From contig OZ004607.1 of assembly GCA_963924565.1 (NCBI GenBank), forward strand, positions 22,878,001 to 22,942,000: 64,000 nucleotides of DNA. Direction: 5' to 3'. The notes under the pieces are model-generated. The model ran no database searches and had not been told where the DNA came from. It saw nothing but the letters and a program-made list of their open reading frames with translations. Made by a program: the position numbers and the translations under genes. How positions within the stretch are numbered: the first letter of the stretch is position 1; the number at the start of each line of letters is the position of its first letter. Shown piece after piece: positions 39,835 to 54,161 of the stretch. The stretch is from Ascidiella aspersa. Its lineage: Eukaryota.

Positions 39835-42109
39835 CTCACAGTATTCTGAACTGTGGGTTCAATAAGTTAAGGGGTAATGCGTGAGAGGTGTGACGAAAAT
39901 TTAACCTCGTGTTTTTTCCTAATTCACCCGACATCGCAACTGTTGTAAGATACGTCACCAAGAAGCTTTTTATGTGACGAACAGTAGGAACGACTAAAAA
40001 AGCAAAAATAATAAAATTCTGCCTATCTCAACCTGACTTCACCTAGAATAGTGCTTCGCCAACGGTGTGTCCCTAATGTACCCAAAACACATGCCATGTT
40101 AGCCGCGGCGTTCCCGGAGGTATTTGACTTGGGTTTGACTGAATGCAATAATCCAGATGTATCAAGGACTTTGCTTAATATTAAATATTTTTTAAAAAAC
40201 GACGTTACTTTTGATCGCAGTAGGCTAAGCCAAATTTCGAAATAGTTTTTTTTTTAACAAAATAAACTACCAATGATTATGTAAGGGAGATTATTATCCA
40301 TTTTCTTGCAACCCTTGACGTATAGGCTATCATTGTAAAATTATTGTTCATTAGGCCAATTATTTTATCTTCGTAGTGGATTGTATAAATTAAATTTGGC
40401 TGCTGTTACCATAAAATGGGTTTGTTTCCTGAAATGCTAATAGAAGCCCTTAATTTCATATGATCCTCTATTGCAGTGCAGCCCAAAAGCTAGCAAATCG
40501 CAAAATCATTAACCATTTTTCTTCTATCGCGCCTCCCTTAAAGATTGCTCGGCGCTCCCTAGGAAAGAACCACTGCTCTATATTATAATGGAGAACAATT
40601 TTTAGGACTTTCACCAGGTTAAGATACTTCAGAAAGGCCGAAAAACCTATAAGAAAGGAATGTTCGTAAATGTTTAGCGATTTGATACATCAAATGATGA
40701 AATGCTTCTATTGCGCTTGGTTACCTTGATTTATTGCTTATGTGATAGATTGATTATAAATGTGGTAGAATCAAGCAGAACCAGTGGCGTATCCATGGGA
40801 TTGGTGGTTCGGACCCCACCTTTTTAAAAGTGCAATATTATCGGTTTTTGTTCGTTTTGTCAGGGTTTAACTCATTGTCTTAAAGCTAATGTTTTAAGCT
40901 AATTCGAAACCAAAATCAAACGCAAAACGCCGTTTTTGTCTCTTTTGTGCACAAGAGTCGCCGTAAACGCAGGGTATTTTTTCTTTTTCGCCTTTCGTTC
41001 AGGTTGGCTGATTAGCAAGTGTCTATATTCGGCAATGTACAACACTAAGTCAAGCCTTTTTTTATTGCTTAAAACGCCGAGTTGGCGCAGCTAATGTTCC
41101 TCCTTCCTCGTTGTTCACTGTCTGCGCTAAGAGCCGATGTTGGTCGGCATTTTGTTAACTGAACCAGATTCTCAAAAGGTTGTCCATATATTTAGCTGAC
41201 CTCGGCGTTGATGTTGCGCTAATCGTAGCATAACAACACCCGGGAAAAACGATCTTGGTATAGTATTGTAGTTGGCGAAAGACGTGCTTTAGCGTAGTCC
41301 GTACATAGAACTTCGGAAACTGCGTAATCATAGGCCCTAGGGTTCACTAAACTTTTTTCATAAAGGGTCGGTTAACTCTCAGCCCTAAGACTTAGCCATC
41401 GCGGACCAGATTTGCATTTTTGTCGAACTTTATTAACTTGATTATCGTTAAACGAAGGAAATATAAATAACTATTAATAAAAAGTGAGCCTCATAAATTG
41501 TCGTACAAGTTGATTAACCTAAATTAAAGTTTAGTTTTGAATTGCATCCTACAACATTTAAATTGTACTTCATTTTTGTTAAGAAAATATGCCGCGGGGC
41601 CGGATTAATTAACCCGGCAGGCCGGATCTGGACTGCGTAATTTTGCGAATATTGCTCGTGACATGTAGGCTTACTATATGCGTCCCGACTTTTAGGGCTT
41701 TGTCCCAACGTTCCGAATAGTAAACAAAAGGTCCCGCTTTTTAGTCAGTAAACATTTGTCATGCATTACACGATACAAGTTAACTGTGATTGGTCTGTTT
41801 AGCCAACTTGATTAAAAGTGTTACCTCGCGTGCGTTTTATTTACGTGTTTAATGTTATTGTAATCTTTAGGTCACTTTAGCGTGTAATTGGGCAAGTGGC
41901 TGTGTTGACAGAGCTTTAGTAAATTTAGTATTAGTTTGCTATTGGAATATTGCATCACGTATCAATAATATACTATTTGTAAGTAATGGATAATTCCGCT
42001 GTAGTTAATTGTTGCTTTACAAATCTTATTGGTTGTTTACATAATAGTTTAGTAGGCGTGTAAGTTGTATTCCGGTTGTTAAAAAGTCTAATAATTTGCG
42101 CAAGAAAAT

Positions 42110-42435
42110 TAGCCTTGATTACGTTGTTTTTTCAGTGTAAATTTAATCAAGATAACCGAGGTACAAGCTGTCTGTATGAATTTATAATGGCAAATTTTCC
42201 CGCGCGAATTATTTGACTTCTTATTTCGTCGTGATCGACCGGAACACATTTCGTCCAATTTTTAATTGCACATTCGCGCGAGAATTTGACTAACAACAAA
42301 AGGATCTCTTACATGGTTGGAGACGTCACGCTATGATGTATTTTCGTGACGTCATACTTAAATGGCCAGATAAAATGCTATATCTGGTGACTGTTTGAAA
42401 GCGGATTTTAAGCCCCCAAAATATGTTAACCTTAG
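42110..42435 (+). repeat. Dispersed CRE-motif-rich repeat; a second copy at about 52720-52795 plus 54170-54395 is interrupted by the hAT element
   Basis: Collinear similarity, e.g. ataaccgaggtacaagctgtctgtatgaa vs ataaccgagatacaaactgtttgtataaa, and ttcgcgcgagaatt...gacgtcac...tatga(t/c)gtattt...gtgacgtcata...aaatgcta. Confidence 0.7.
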
Positions 42436-43222
42436 TTTGCCTTTATGTAGCTAATGGGATTCTAGTCGTTACACAGGTTTCCAGTGTTGGGAAAGCTTGT
42501 AACTTAGCACGAAATATTTCTTTAAAGATTCCTGAAACGGATCACAGATCTCTTATTAAACAGGATATCAAGCATGGCATAAGAAAACCGTGGAAGGGGG
42601 AAACATTTGCAAACATTCTACTCATCATTTTAAGGTATTGTCAAAGCTCTAATCACATTAAACAGGTCAAAGATAACAAAAAGCGAATAAGACGCGAATC
42701 TTCATTGGTTTGGAGCAGACATTATATTGGCTCTTCAGGTCACCGTCAATGTTCATAGCAACATAATCATAGTATTAACGCAATTGTCGAAAGCGGAAAC
42801 TGCAAACGGAAGAAAATTTTAATACACGTTTCAAAGTAAATGGGAGAGAAAAAATTTCAAAAATGTATAAGCTACATAGAGAAAGTCCATGTTGCAACCA
42901 AGGTATTATGAAGTACAACTTTGTGAAAGGTTAATGCATATAAATTTCTCGTCTTGGTTGTGGTATATACATACACAGTATGTGTAATTAGGTGTTTGCT
43001 TGCTTTGTTTTGTTGCTTTTTTGATACGCAATTAGGCAAAGAAAAAACATTGAAATTCCCATATTTGGTTGCGTCGTAATTCCAGCAAGCTATTCTAAAG
43101 GAGTCGCAAGAAAAACAGTTTGAGAACCACAGCAATTTAGCTGATGCATCAGATGTTTGTTATAACAAAAGCTTAAAACTGTACAGTGTACAACGTTTTG
43201 ACAACTGTTTGGTAAGATTGTT

Positions 43223-46200
43223 TTATGTCGCTGTACTCTTTCTTCGAGTCTTGGGTGGATCCGAAAGTTTTACATCGTCGAAATTTCTTATTTGTGTATG
43301 GTTCCCCGGCGTTTCCCCTTAAAAAATAACAAAATATTATATTTATATACGGCATGAATTTTTTTCAAAAATAATTTTACTATATAATTACCTGACAGGT
43401 TAAGTTAAATTAAATTCAAGTGGATCATTTATTTGAAACAAAAAAACTAATCGCGATTTAAAAATGGCAATCAGTCGACTTCTTAAACCAACGGATACTC
43501 GACGTGGTGTTTTCGTCCTAACAAGAGCTATGGTTTTCATATACTACTTAATCACAATATTACCGTCCATAGTAAATGTACGATGAGAAATTATTATGCG
43601 ACATATATTTTCGAATATCAAAAAGTGCTGATGATGATATGTCAGATAACAAGGTATTAGACCAGAGCTGGTTTCTAAACTTTTTTCTACGGCGCCCCCT
43701 TTATAGGTGTTGCGATTTAAAAAAAATAATATCATATCAAAATGAATTCGTTTTTTTTTCGATTGCATAAGTGGGACAACATAAAAAAAAATATGTTCAT
43801 CCTTAGTTGCGCGAAGAGCGACAAAATGTGTTAATTTGGTAGGAATTGGCTATAATTTAATCAAGGAGACATTTCGCACTGGCCACACAGCAAATTTCTC
43901 GTGCCTGTTGTATTGACTTTTATCAAGCTGATTTGACAAACATCTCGTTAGGGCTTTGATTCCACAATTGTAAGGTTGTATAGTAACCAGCACATAAAAT
44001 ATGCAAAAAATAAACATTTTGTTAATCTTGTTTTGCAACGGTCATATATTTATATTTCACAAAACATTATAGATTCACGCAAAATAAACCTGTGCTAGCC
44101 TGTTGTCATAAAAAATATATATAAAAAATAGTTAAAGAAGGGGTGTTAATTTGCACATTTTACTGGCAACCAAACGAGCTAAAAAATGAACCTGTAGACA
44201 ACATATATATATATTGAAACAAGACTTCAATAATACTTGCATTTGCATCAACTACACTAAGACGAAGCTTAGGGCGTAGAATACAGCCCACTCAGCACAG
44301 GTTATGTACACTACAGTATAGGTTTTATGTCCGATCTTCAAACAATTTATAGGTTTTATAAAGCGCGAGTTCCCGTTGGGCCACGCCGAAATAACCATTA
44401 TTTCTTTGTCTGTTAGATAGTTGAGTTTATGACAAGCTCTGACAAAGTTTGTTTGGTATTTATAAATACATCAGTAAATTCTATAACCAATCAGGATTTG
44501 CCAATTTTGAACATGGCATAGAAAAATATGTAACAAATGTTATACATATTTTACTAGATTTTTGTATGTTAAGTACTATCCTTATAATCTATTTAGGGGC
44601 CTACCATGTCACCGTTTTTAGTTTATCGTAAAACCATTAAAACACTTACTAGCATATTTTTCTGAGCTGTTAAGTCTTTTAATTCGTCGCTGTTGTGAAG
44701 TAGGAGTTATTTTGTCCATGTTTAGGTGTTTTGTGCGGTACTCAAGAATAATTGCCAGCAAATCCGGGCGACGACACAGCTCAAATACGTGTTCAATAAA
44801 GCTTAAATCATCTGTAAAAGAATAATAAAAGCTTTAAAACATCACTATACAATAAAATCTTCAATTTGATCAAGGAATGAGGTAGTGCAACATTTTTTTG
44901 CAAAACTTAAACTAGATTTTGTTTATCCATTCTTTCAGTTTGCGTTTGGATAAGCCTAGCTCTGCTCTAAACAAATATGCTGTTGCTACCAGGCATAGTA
45001 TATTTAAAATAGGTTCGTCTGGCATATATTTCTTCAACCAACGTTTCGGCTTTACTAGCTTTGCTCTATACGACCTTATCACCCCAATCTACTATTTGTC
45101 AAGGAACGACCAAACAACGGGACATTACCGGAAACATTTCTGTTCCAAGATGGTGTTTCCCCTGTTGCGAATTTTATAAAAGTTAACAAAATCGCGACGC
45201 TCGATTGGGTAACCGATCATCATTATTGAAAACCTTGATATGATATTTTACAAAACAAACTTTGGCTAATAAAAAACATAAATAGGTACAGTTGAACGTG
45301 CCAGCATGGGCCGCAGGCCGTATGTTGCGGAAAAAACTCTAGATCTGCTCATTATATAAAGGAAAGTAACGGCATGAAATATTTACATTTCTTAGTTATT
45401 GCACAAAATACAGCAAAATATATCTATAGAAGATTTATTGTGGTATTCCAGTGTTTATCCAAGGTCATCACTATGGGGCAATTATTTTTTTACTTACAAA
45501 ATGAGAAAATTTGACCTAAAAAATTGAAATTTTTGACGAATTTTGCCCTAATTTTTTCCCCAAATATGTAACCTTTTAGGAATACATTGATTTAACAACG
45601 CATTGCTGTATGAGTGTCTTCGCGTTGTTAGTAACTTGTTTTAGATGTTTGACTGACGACCGGTGGTTATTTTTTGGGTTTAAAATACAAATTTTTATAT
45701 TTTTGGCATATGAAAGAGATAAACAACAATAAAAAAAGAACAAGACGCTGGTTATTTTAGAAAAAAAGTTGAATAAACAGTTTAGTTGAAACACAAGACA
45801 AAATTTTGACTTTTTTTGACAAGTCAATAAACAATCGCCAAGAATTGTGAATTAATTACGTATAATTCTAGTTCATACTGTAGTTTTATTTTATCTTAAG
45901 AATTTGGTATTTTTAATTCTAATATTATTTGGAAACGGTAAAATTATCTTATTGTATATCTAATTGACTTTGGAAAAACTGAAATGCACTGATTTAAAAT
46001 TTAAGACAATTTTAAAAAGCTAAAATAAATCTAGTTGTCCAAGTATGCCTGTACGCGTACGAATTGTATATGTATATAAACCCAAAATTACCTTTTGTGA
46101 GCAAAATCTTGTTTACTAACAAGCGGAGCCACTCCTGTGGCGTTGAAAGTTGTTTTAGTTCTTCAGCTTTGATTGACTCATCTTTGGAAGCCTTAAGGAG

Positions 46201-46275
46201 ATATTTCATGTCGTCAGTTTGTAATTGCTGTGTTAGCTCCTTTACCAAAGCATCAAGAGGTTCATCAATTGTCAT
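43223..46275 (-). CDS. PEA15: PEA-15-like (astrocytic phosphoprotein) single death-effector-domain protein, about 146 aa, 3 coding exons
   Basis: Exons 46275-46092, 44811-44650 and 43317-43223 are GT-AG with both introns in phase 1. Translation: MTIDEPLDALVKELTQQLQTDDMKYLLKASKDESIKAEELKQLSTPQEWLRLLVNKILLTK-DDLSFIEHVFELCRRPDLLAIILEYRTKHLNMDKITPTSQQRRIKRLNSSEKYA-RETPGNHTQIRNFDDVKLSDPPKTRRKSTAT*. This aligns with vertebrate PEA-15 [30 protein letters not shown]...LTRIPSAKKY...IIKLAPPPKK. Confidence 0.9.
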
Positions 46276-48953
46276 GCTGATGCCCGCAATGTGATAAGTA
46301 TACGCGAAAGTTATTACTATAAACTTTTCTAAATAGAAAAAATATGAAACATGTAGTAAAAAACGTCGAAGGATAAGCCATCTATAGCGGTCATTTCCTA
46401 AAAGGCCCCTGTTGAGCAACCCTGCACTGAACAGGCGCTGATCTAGGTTTTTGTTTGGGTGTGGAAAAAAATTAAGTGATGACGTCACAAAGTAACGCCA
46501 TAACGTGACGTGTTAAAGTCTCGTTAAAACGTAACATCATAAAGAACTAATCTTAAGAGCACTATACGCAGTTCGTTTATGATGTTAAACTTAAAGGTTG
46601 GACAGGTTTTACTTGCATACAAAAGTTACATTACAAAGATGTTATCGATTCGCGCAAAGCAAAAAACATCTTTACATTGTTAAAGTTACCAAAACTTTCA
46701 ATTTAGGTGATGCGATGAGACGCACGACTCCTTGGGGCTAAAACAAATTTTATAAAAAAGGGTGACGTATACAGAACACTTAACCAAGATTTGATTTTTT
46801 TGCATCTTACGTACTTAAAATATCCGAAACTTCCAAGTAAAGACATACGCGAAACCAATAAGCAATAAAAACTAACTAAATTAATTATATTAGCCTATAA
46901 CAACGTCAAATAACGTATTTGGAGTGCAAATCAACTCGTCCACATCAAAAGAGCCTCTTTACTTTACGACAGTTTAAAGATAAGCTAAATAAAGGGCCTT
47001 AAGCAAATAACCAGCAATTACAAGTACAAACGATTGCGTAGTAATTACAAGTACAAACGATCGCGTACTATTATTATTTTATGGAAAGAGCAAAATATAT
47101 TTGACGCTATGGTCCATTATAAACAACCGTTGCAATGTGTATGCAAACGAACAAGTAGATTGCAAAATAAACTGGTGCCGTTACGCAATGTGCAAATGCC
47201 TGGAGAGTCCAGAGGTAAGTCAGGGGCGGGGATATCTCACCCAAAACTATAAAGGCTATGCTGTGTGATTTATAAACTCTACAAAGCGCAATTTCTACTT
47301 AAATATAAGACTAGGCTGTAAATGTGGGTATTTTGTGGAATGTGGAAACTATTTTATACCACGAAAGCGTACATCGTTTTAATAGAATTTTTTTTTTTCA
47401 ATTTAAGCCACATCAAAGCATTTTTTCGCTTCGCAATGAGACAGCATTTCAGCTGCATATTAGCGCACGAGTTCGCGCGAGACTAACAGGTGTTTTTAAG
47501 ATTATTTCGGATTATAAGACGTACTAAACTAAGAAACGGATTACTCACTAGGAATAATTTTAAGGTAACAAATAGGTTAAAACAGGAATGCAGAAAATAT
47601 GAAAATTAGCATAGGTTCTGTTGATGTCAGACTTGACGAGAGCCCATAGCTCAAGACATCTAACAATTCGAAACAAACTCAATCAATATAAAGAAGTTCC
47701 CCTCAAATCAATATAAAGAAGTCCAAGTAAACCAATTCGACAAAAATCAGTAATTAAAAAAAGTTTAATCAGATCACATCTCAAGTATGGCAACAGAAGG
47801 AGAATAACTTGTTTCTTAAAGGACTGTACAAACCGTCCCTTTTCCACAAAGAAATAGCGCGCTGGTCGGTCGGTAATTAAATTAGTAAAAAACACTAAAA
47901 GAACATTTATTAACTGATTCAGGGTACTATAAATATAAAAAAACTTGTGGGGATTTGATATTGTACTTAAATTGTGAGTCGGCCAGACCTGTATTTTGTA
48001 AGGTTGCCTTTTCGTTGGCAACACACCTACTGTGATATTAGTGTTTAGGTCACTCATGTTTTATGACTGCATTGCGCCACAAACTTAATCACAAACTAAC
48101 TTCGAACACTTTAAATTGCACCGTACTAGCTAACATATACCTTGCACAAGAACCAAGATACTGGTCAAATAGGCCAAGATCCTAAAAACTTCAGCACAAT
48201 GTACCTGGTTGGAAACACAGAACCATTTGGTTCCATTTAAAGCTTTGTTTTGAATCTGTTGACGATATTTATTCACAAAAATAGCTTAGTTATGCCATTG
48301 ACAAATTTCGATGTAATATATATGGTTTGCAAGTTAAGCTGTTTGCCTTAACCTTCTAGACATCAAGCACGTTGTTTTATTTGTCGTTTTTAAACTGACA
48401 AAATTACTGTAGTTTTTAAAAACACATTAAGATACAAAAACCACCTCCTAAGTAACACTATACACACGGTCTATGTAACATTTTCGACGACTACGTCTGC
48501 TTTGTGAAAATCGACTATTACTATCGATCCTGTCACTTTACGTCAGGCTGAGTGGTACGTCCCAAACGTCCTGTACTATATCCCAACATAAAGCGCGACC
48601 TATACTACCGGTCGGCCGTGGTGCTTCCAACCTTCGTTATAAAACTACTTTCGCAAGGCCCTAGAGACCTATGAGACGTCCTCGAAAACGGCGTCGCAAA
48701 AGTGAAGTTCGTTTCCGCTCTGCGCTTTGTAATTGCCCGTTGTTCGCATCTGCGCTGGCCGAACCAACCATCCATTAAAACATTACGGCGTAAAGTTTAC
48801 ACTTGAGCTAAATCGGAAACTCGCCTCGATCGTTTGACTGAAGGCGTTTTTTTACACAGAATTGCACATTTCATTCAGAGAAATTTATACAGTAGAACAT
48901 CATGTTAAGCGTTTTATTTTAACGTAAAAATTACATTAAAATATACAATAGTG

Positions 48954-49581
48954 CAGGGATGGCGAACCACTGACCACCGGGTCACAAAGTGACCCACCAC
49001 AGATTTTAATGACCCATTTGCCTCTCTAGAAATATCGAAATGTTGTCAATCAGTTTTAGGAAAGGATAAACGTAAAAAAAATCGTTAAAAGCACTATACT
49101 GTTTAAATCAGGGCTGCCCAATCTGTGAGTCGCGCAATTTTTTTAAGAGTGACCAGTAGGCCCAGTAGGTTAACTGCATTTCAACAAATGTGTGTAGAAA
49201 AGCAGACAACCAAAAGCATTTTGTTGATCGCTGTAAAACGTTGGTGGCGATCATTTTAGGGTAATTAAGAGCTAGCAGACTAAAAATTCTGAAAACCCTA
49301 GTTAAACCATACTGAAAAGCTTTGTGCTGAACTCCTGTAATCCTATAAAAAATGCTGCCGCATTTGTTAACTATTTAGTTTCTAAATTTTCGTGGGAATC
49401 CGAATTTGGAAATAGCTCAAAAACCTTGGATTACCAACCCAAGACAATAACACTTACAACGACGCAGCAGCAAATTTTTACATCAAATTAGCATATATTA
49501 CAATATATAACCCCCTTGTGCATTTTGCCAGGATTTAGATTGAGTTTGTGACCCGCGGGATGAAAAGGTTCGCCATCCCTG
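48954..49581. mobile_element. hAT-type non-autonomous element, 628 bp
   Basis: Perfect 15-bp TIR CAGGGATGGCGAACC / GGTTCGCCATCCCTG. Perfect 8-bp TSD caatagtg. Confidence 0.92.
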
Positions 49582-49840
49582 CAATAGTGAAATGTGCGGT
49601 TTAAGACTGCTTAATTGACAATAAAGAAATAGCAACACATCGCGCCATGCTTGATTTTGACGATTATAGGGCAAAGTAGTCTAAAAATACATTCTGGCAA
49701 ATATCGTGATGATTTTGAGTAGCCTATATAAAACTCATTTAAATATTTTTTGCGTCACCATGACCGTCGGTTTAAAAGATTATACCTTACATAAACAAGC
49801 AAACATATAAAAAAACGCCTATACTTTTATGCTCCTAAGA

Positions 49841-50222
49841 TAGGTGTGGCCAAACCGCAGCTTGTATGCCACATGCGCCCCTTCGACCATTTTTAGGCGG
49901 CCCTTACCTGCAGTTGTTTAGGACATCCAGTGTCAATTTCTGTGTACTTAAGTTTGTAGCTCCTAAATATTTCAGGCTAAATTTTTCGCGCATGTCTTAG
50001 CATGTTAAAATAAATCCTGCAAGAATATAAAGGTCGTGTATCTTGAGGTAATTTGCTGATATTTAACGGCCGAAGGTTTCTGTCGCCCTACCCTTGAAGG
50101 TTTTGTTGTATTTCCGTTGCAAATTTGCGCACGAGAGTTTTTTTATGAAATAGCGTTTTTACCATAACCCTCAAACAAAAAATACTTGTGGCTCTTGATC
50201 TCTGAATGCTTGGCTACCTCTG
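49841..50222. mobile_element. Degenerate hAT-type MITE
   Basis: Ends TAGGTGTGGCCAA / TTGGCTACCTCTG. Flanks tcctaaga / cactaaga match at 6 of 8. Confidence 0.5.
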
Positions 50223-50315
50223 CACTAAGACTTTTCAATTAGAAAAAATGTTTAAACAATTATTCCCCAAAGTTATCATCGCAAGCTTTTCTATCGGTTA
50301 ATATATGTTTTACAG

Positions 50316-50774
50316 TAGGGGTTCCCAACCTGTGGTACGCGTGAAGGTTTTTCAGGTGGTACGCGAGTAGCTTTCGTTTTTTTCACAAAAGCCTGGATTC
50401 ACAACTTTATGTTTTGTTCATTTGGTTTTGTTTGCGAAAATCCGAAGCCCATTTATTGTTACGTAAACATCCCTGTTGTTTCGTACCATTACGATCTTCA
50501 AAATACAGGCCATGTCAATTGTCGACAAGGAGCACATTAGTTGCTCTAAAAATCAGTACAACGCTGTGGGACAGTGGGCAAAATGGTTGCTCTTGATAGA
50601 TATAATCTACTGTTTTATGGCTTAATCTACAAATAGCGTTGAATAATGCTAGTTTTAAGCTAAAAATACATTAAAATATGATTCGAACAAATTAGTTGTC
50701 CTGCAAGAAGTGGTACGCGTGGCAGTACAGAGCGTCCAAGTGGTACGACAACGTAAAAAGGTTGGGAACCCCTG
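50316..50774. mobile_element. hAT-type MITE
   Basis: TIR TAGGGGTTCCCAACCT / AGGTTGGGAACCCCTG, with GTGGTACG subterminal repeats at both ends. TSD not evident. Confidence 0.8.
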
Positions 50775-52795
50775 TAATTTACACAGTTAGTTAAGCTAAC
50801 GATTAACGAATAACATTAATTAAAACTACGGATTACGAAAAATACACGCTGTCTAAAACACTCTAACATAGCCTACAACTTCAGTTATATATGATTTTTA
50901 GGTAGGACGTAAAAATGTTAATCGAAGTAAAGTATAGTTTATCTAAACAGGCGAAATCACAAGTTTAGCAACAAGTTGACCAATGAAAATAAAGTTGAAC
51001 AAGCGTGTAAACAGACTAAACGGAAAGTATTGTTACGAAACAAAGCAAGTGTAAGCAAGTGTAGTAAGCAAACTATTTGTTTGACAACATTTTAATATCA
51101 AGTGCAGTATTTTGTTTTAAAATTGCCGTGTCGGTATGAAAAAAGAAATATAAATAAGATTTGCAGGAAAAATAACAACTAAAAGAAAAATGTGGACATC
51201 TGTGACAGCTGTATAAATGTGGATTGAGCAGAGTTAGAATTTTAATGAAAGATGCATATACCGATGAAATCTCCCGCTACAAGCTAAAATCGCTAATTGA
51301 TTTTACAAGAAGATTTATAAAGGAAAAATATAAAAGTAGGTGTAGAATAAAATTAATATACTCTTTTACCTTGGACCAACCTGTGGTTTATCCAACCTGT
51401 GGGTCCTAATTGTTAGCCTCTTTTATTTAATAATAAGGCCATTTAGCGGTTGATCACCAAATTATCAAGATTTTTGCTTGCAACTTTTACAGTTCAAAGA
51501 AACTAAATGTAAACAAAATGATTTGGCTCCTTCTGCGGTCTACGATTGTCGTTTGAAGGAACAGACTGCATACCACATAGTCATACGGTGCCCCATATCT
51601 CGCCCACCAAGTGGGATAAACGGTCTGACACTTTTGGACGATTAGTCTATCCGCTGCCTTCTCGCCTGCTGCCCGGACATTTGTACTAAAATAATAATAT
51701 CGCTCATACGAAAGACGCAGAAGTGACTTACATTTTCTTAAGTCAAGTCATGTCATTTGTGATCATTCAGTTAGGTGTGCTTACTGCTTAGTCATTGATT
51801 AAATGTTTACAATATGTACTCGGTCTTTCATTGAACGTTAACCCAACTCAACTGTTTGCCATGGTTTTTGAGAACAAACCGCTAGTGGGCGACGTAGATC
51901 CTCCTGTCTCTCGGGCACCTAAGTCGCTTGTTTTTTTAAATAACCGTTTTTGCTCATGCTGGAACAAGTAATCATGAAGAATAAATCTCTATCTCTTAAT
52001 GTAGGCCGGTGATGTTCTGTTCTGTAAATAATTTAATTTCTTTTTTTGGAATTGCGCAAATAGTTTTCCTATTCGCAGTTTAACGTTAATCTATTGGACA
52101 ACGGCACATTAAACTACAAAATCACAATTATTCGTGACAGCACAACGCACTCTAATGTTCTAAACCGTTGTTTAATTATAAACTGAATTAGGTCAAAACA
52201 CAGTGTTATCCAGCTCATGCTTTTGTTCCCGCCGTTTCGATTACCAAAATGTCCCGCTTTTATATAAGTTTGCATAAGTAATATAAGTTTGCTGTGCTTG
52301 GTCTGTTTTACCAACTTGAAACGGACGATGCTAGACCAACGGCCCCCATCGTCCAATACCCTCTAACTACAGTTTCAGAGCTGATATAAACCCCTATTAT
52401 TTTTTTTATGGACGTATTCCGACAGATTCAGGTTATATTCAGACGATTTCGTTCTTATTCTGTACTAGATATTACTGCGTATTTGGCTATATTGTGTCGC
52501 TGGTCTTAATACTATGGTTTCATAGATTATTTAAGTATTGTTGCTAATTAGGTATTATTGTGTGTTCCTGTAACATGCTAGTAGAAGGTGTTGTGTCTCG
52601 GCGACCTTGGGAATATAAAAACTTGTAAAACAATAGATCATTCCGCTGTAGATATTCTTGTTTTATGCATTTTATTGTGTGTTTTCTTAGTAGTCTAGTA
52701 TAAGAGGAGTGCAAATTGTGTTTTGGTTGATTACGAGAAAATTCTCCTTTATTTCTTCTTTTAACATAACCGAGATACAAACTGTTTGTATAAAC

Positions 52796-54161
52796 CAGTG
52801 TTTCTTAAAATGGCGAATGGTTCACCCCAGGGTGAATAAATTTTTTGCAGGGGTGAACCAACCAAAAGGGGTGAATAAGGGTGAACGAAAGTTCAGGAGC
52901 ATCCTATAGTCACTAGTAAACAACTTTCTGAAGTAAATCGACTAAAACCTGTTGTTTTTTGGTGTTTTTTTGCTTATTGTAATAGTTAAGTTGGTTTGCA
53001 CTGAGTGTAAGAGTTAGGCCTACCATATGTTGTCTCTTTTAGAAGGATTTGTCCCCTTTTCTCAAGAAAAGTGAATGGTCCCCCGAGGACGCTCAAAAAT
53101 GCCCACATGTCCTCTTTTTTTCGCATTTCGAAATAGTTGCTTATACTTTTAACAAGACTTTTAGGCGAGAGGTTGCATTTATTTCCAAAAGTACTTAAGC
53201 CATAAAAGATGCTGAATTGCTGGTTTAAAAAGTTTTTTTAGGGGGGCTCAAAGCAATTCGTAGGGGGGGGAGGCGAGCTCTAAGTTAATATTTAAATTTT
53301 TTGCTATGATTCTAATGGTATCGTTTTCGTTGTACACCACTCCTACAGCGCTGTACAAACTCAGTTTTTGCCAACCTTAACATTAAAACTACCAAAAAAA
53401 AATTGCGAATCTTCTGTTATCTAATTTTGTTTACTTTGTTGAGCACAAAGTCTCTTTGAGTTTTCATATCATCGAAGGTATAACGGTCCTATTTAATTAT
53501 AATTTTTCTAACTTATAGATAAACAATAAAAGTCATCCACCGTTCGAACTATTTTTTATTCATGTTTTTTATAATTGAATAACAGGCTAGCAACAGGGGG
53601 ACAAAATGTTTTGCGAAAAGCCTCCTGATTTTACAGTTTAGCGCCAATTCAACCAATTAAATCCAATTTTTTTCGCGTTTCGCGCGACCGGCAACAAACT
53701 AAACTATTTTTTTAAGTTGTCTCAGTGATATTCAATTAAAAATTCGAATTGCTTTCGTAGGGGTGCAAGACATAGGAAAATTACAAAGGGTGCCGCTGCT
53801 GAAAAAAGTTGTGGATATGGCACGTATTTCTCAAACGTAACAATTCTATTTTCGTTTTACTTGCAGGCAAAAAAATTTCCTCTTTTTGGGTGCTAAAAAT
53901 ATGGCAGCCCTAGTGTAAGTACAACAATTTGGTGACTTTGTTTTGTGCTTTTTAAGCTTTATATTCCTGGACTCGAGAAATTGTAGATTTACAATGGTAA
54001 AACTTAGCTTGAGTTGATTTTAACAAAGATGAAACACCATAAGTCATTTTGTGCTGTTATATATAGACGAGATAGTTTTATCATATCATGAGACAAGGGT
54101 GAATGAAATCTGGAGATAGATGCTAGGGGTGAACGAAACTGAAAAAGTTTAAGAAGCACTG
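52796..54161. mobile_element. hAT-type non-autonomous element, 1366 bp, nested in an older repeat
   Basis: TIR CAGTGTTTCTTAAA / TTTAAGAAGCACTG. Perfect 8-bp TSD gtataaac. GGGTGAA subterminal repeats at both ends. Confidence 0.9.

Noticed and set aside
46012-46488. 158-aa ORF as a complete protein
   Set aside because: Only 46275-46092 is the PEA15-like exon. The flanking parts are 5' region and intron read-through.
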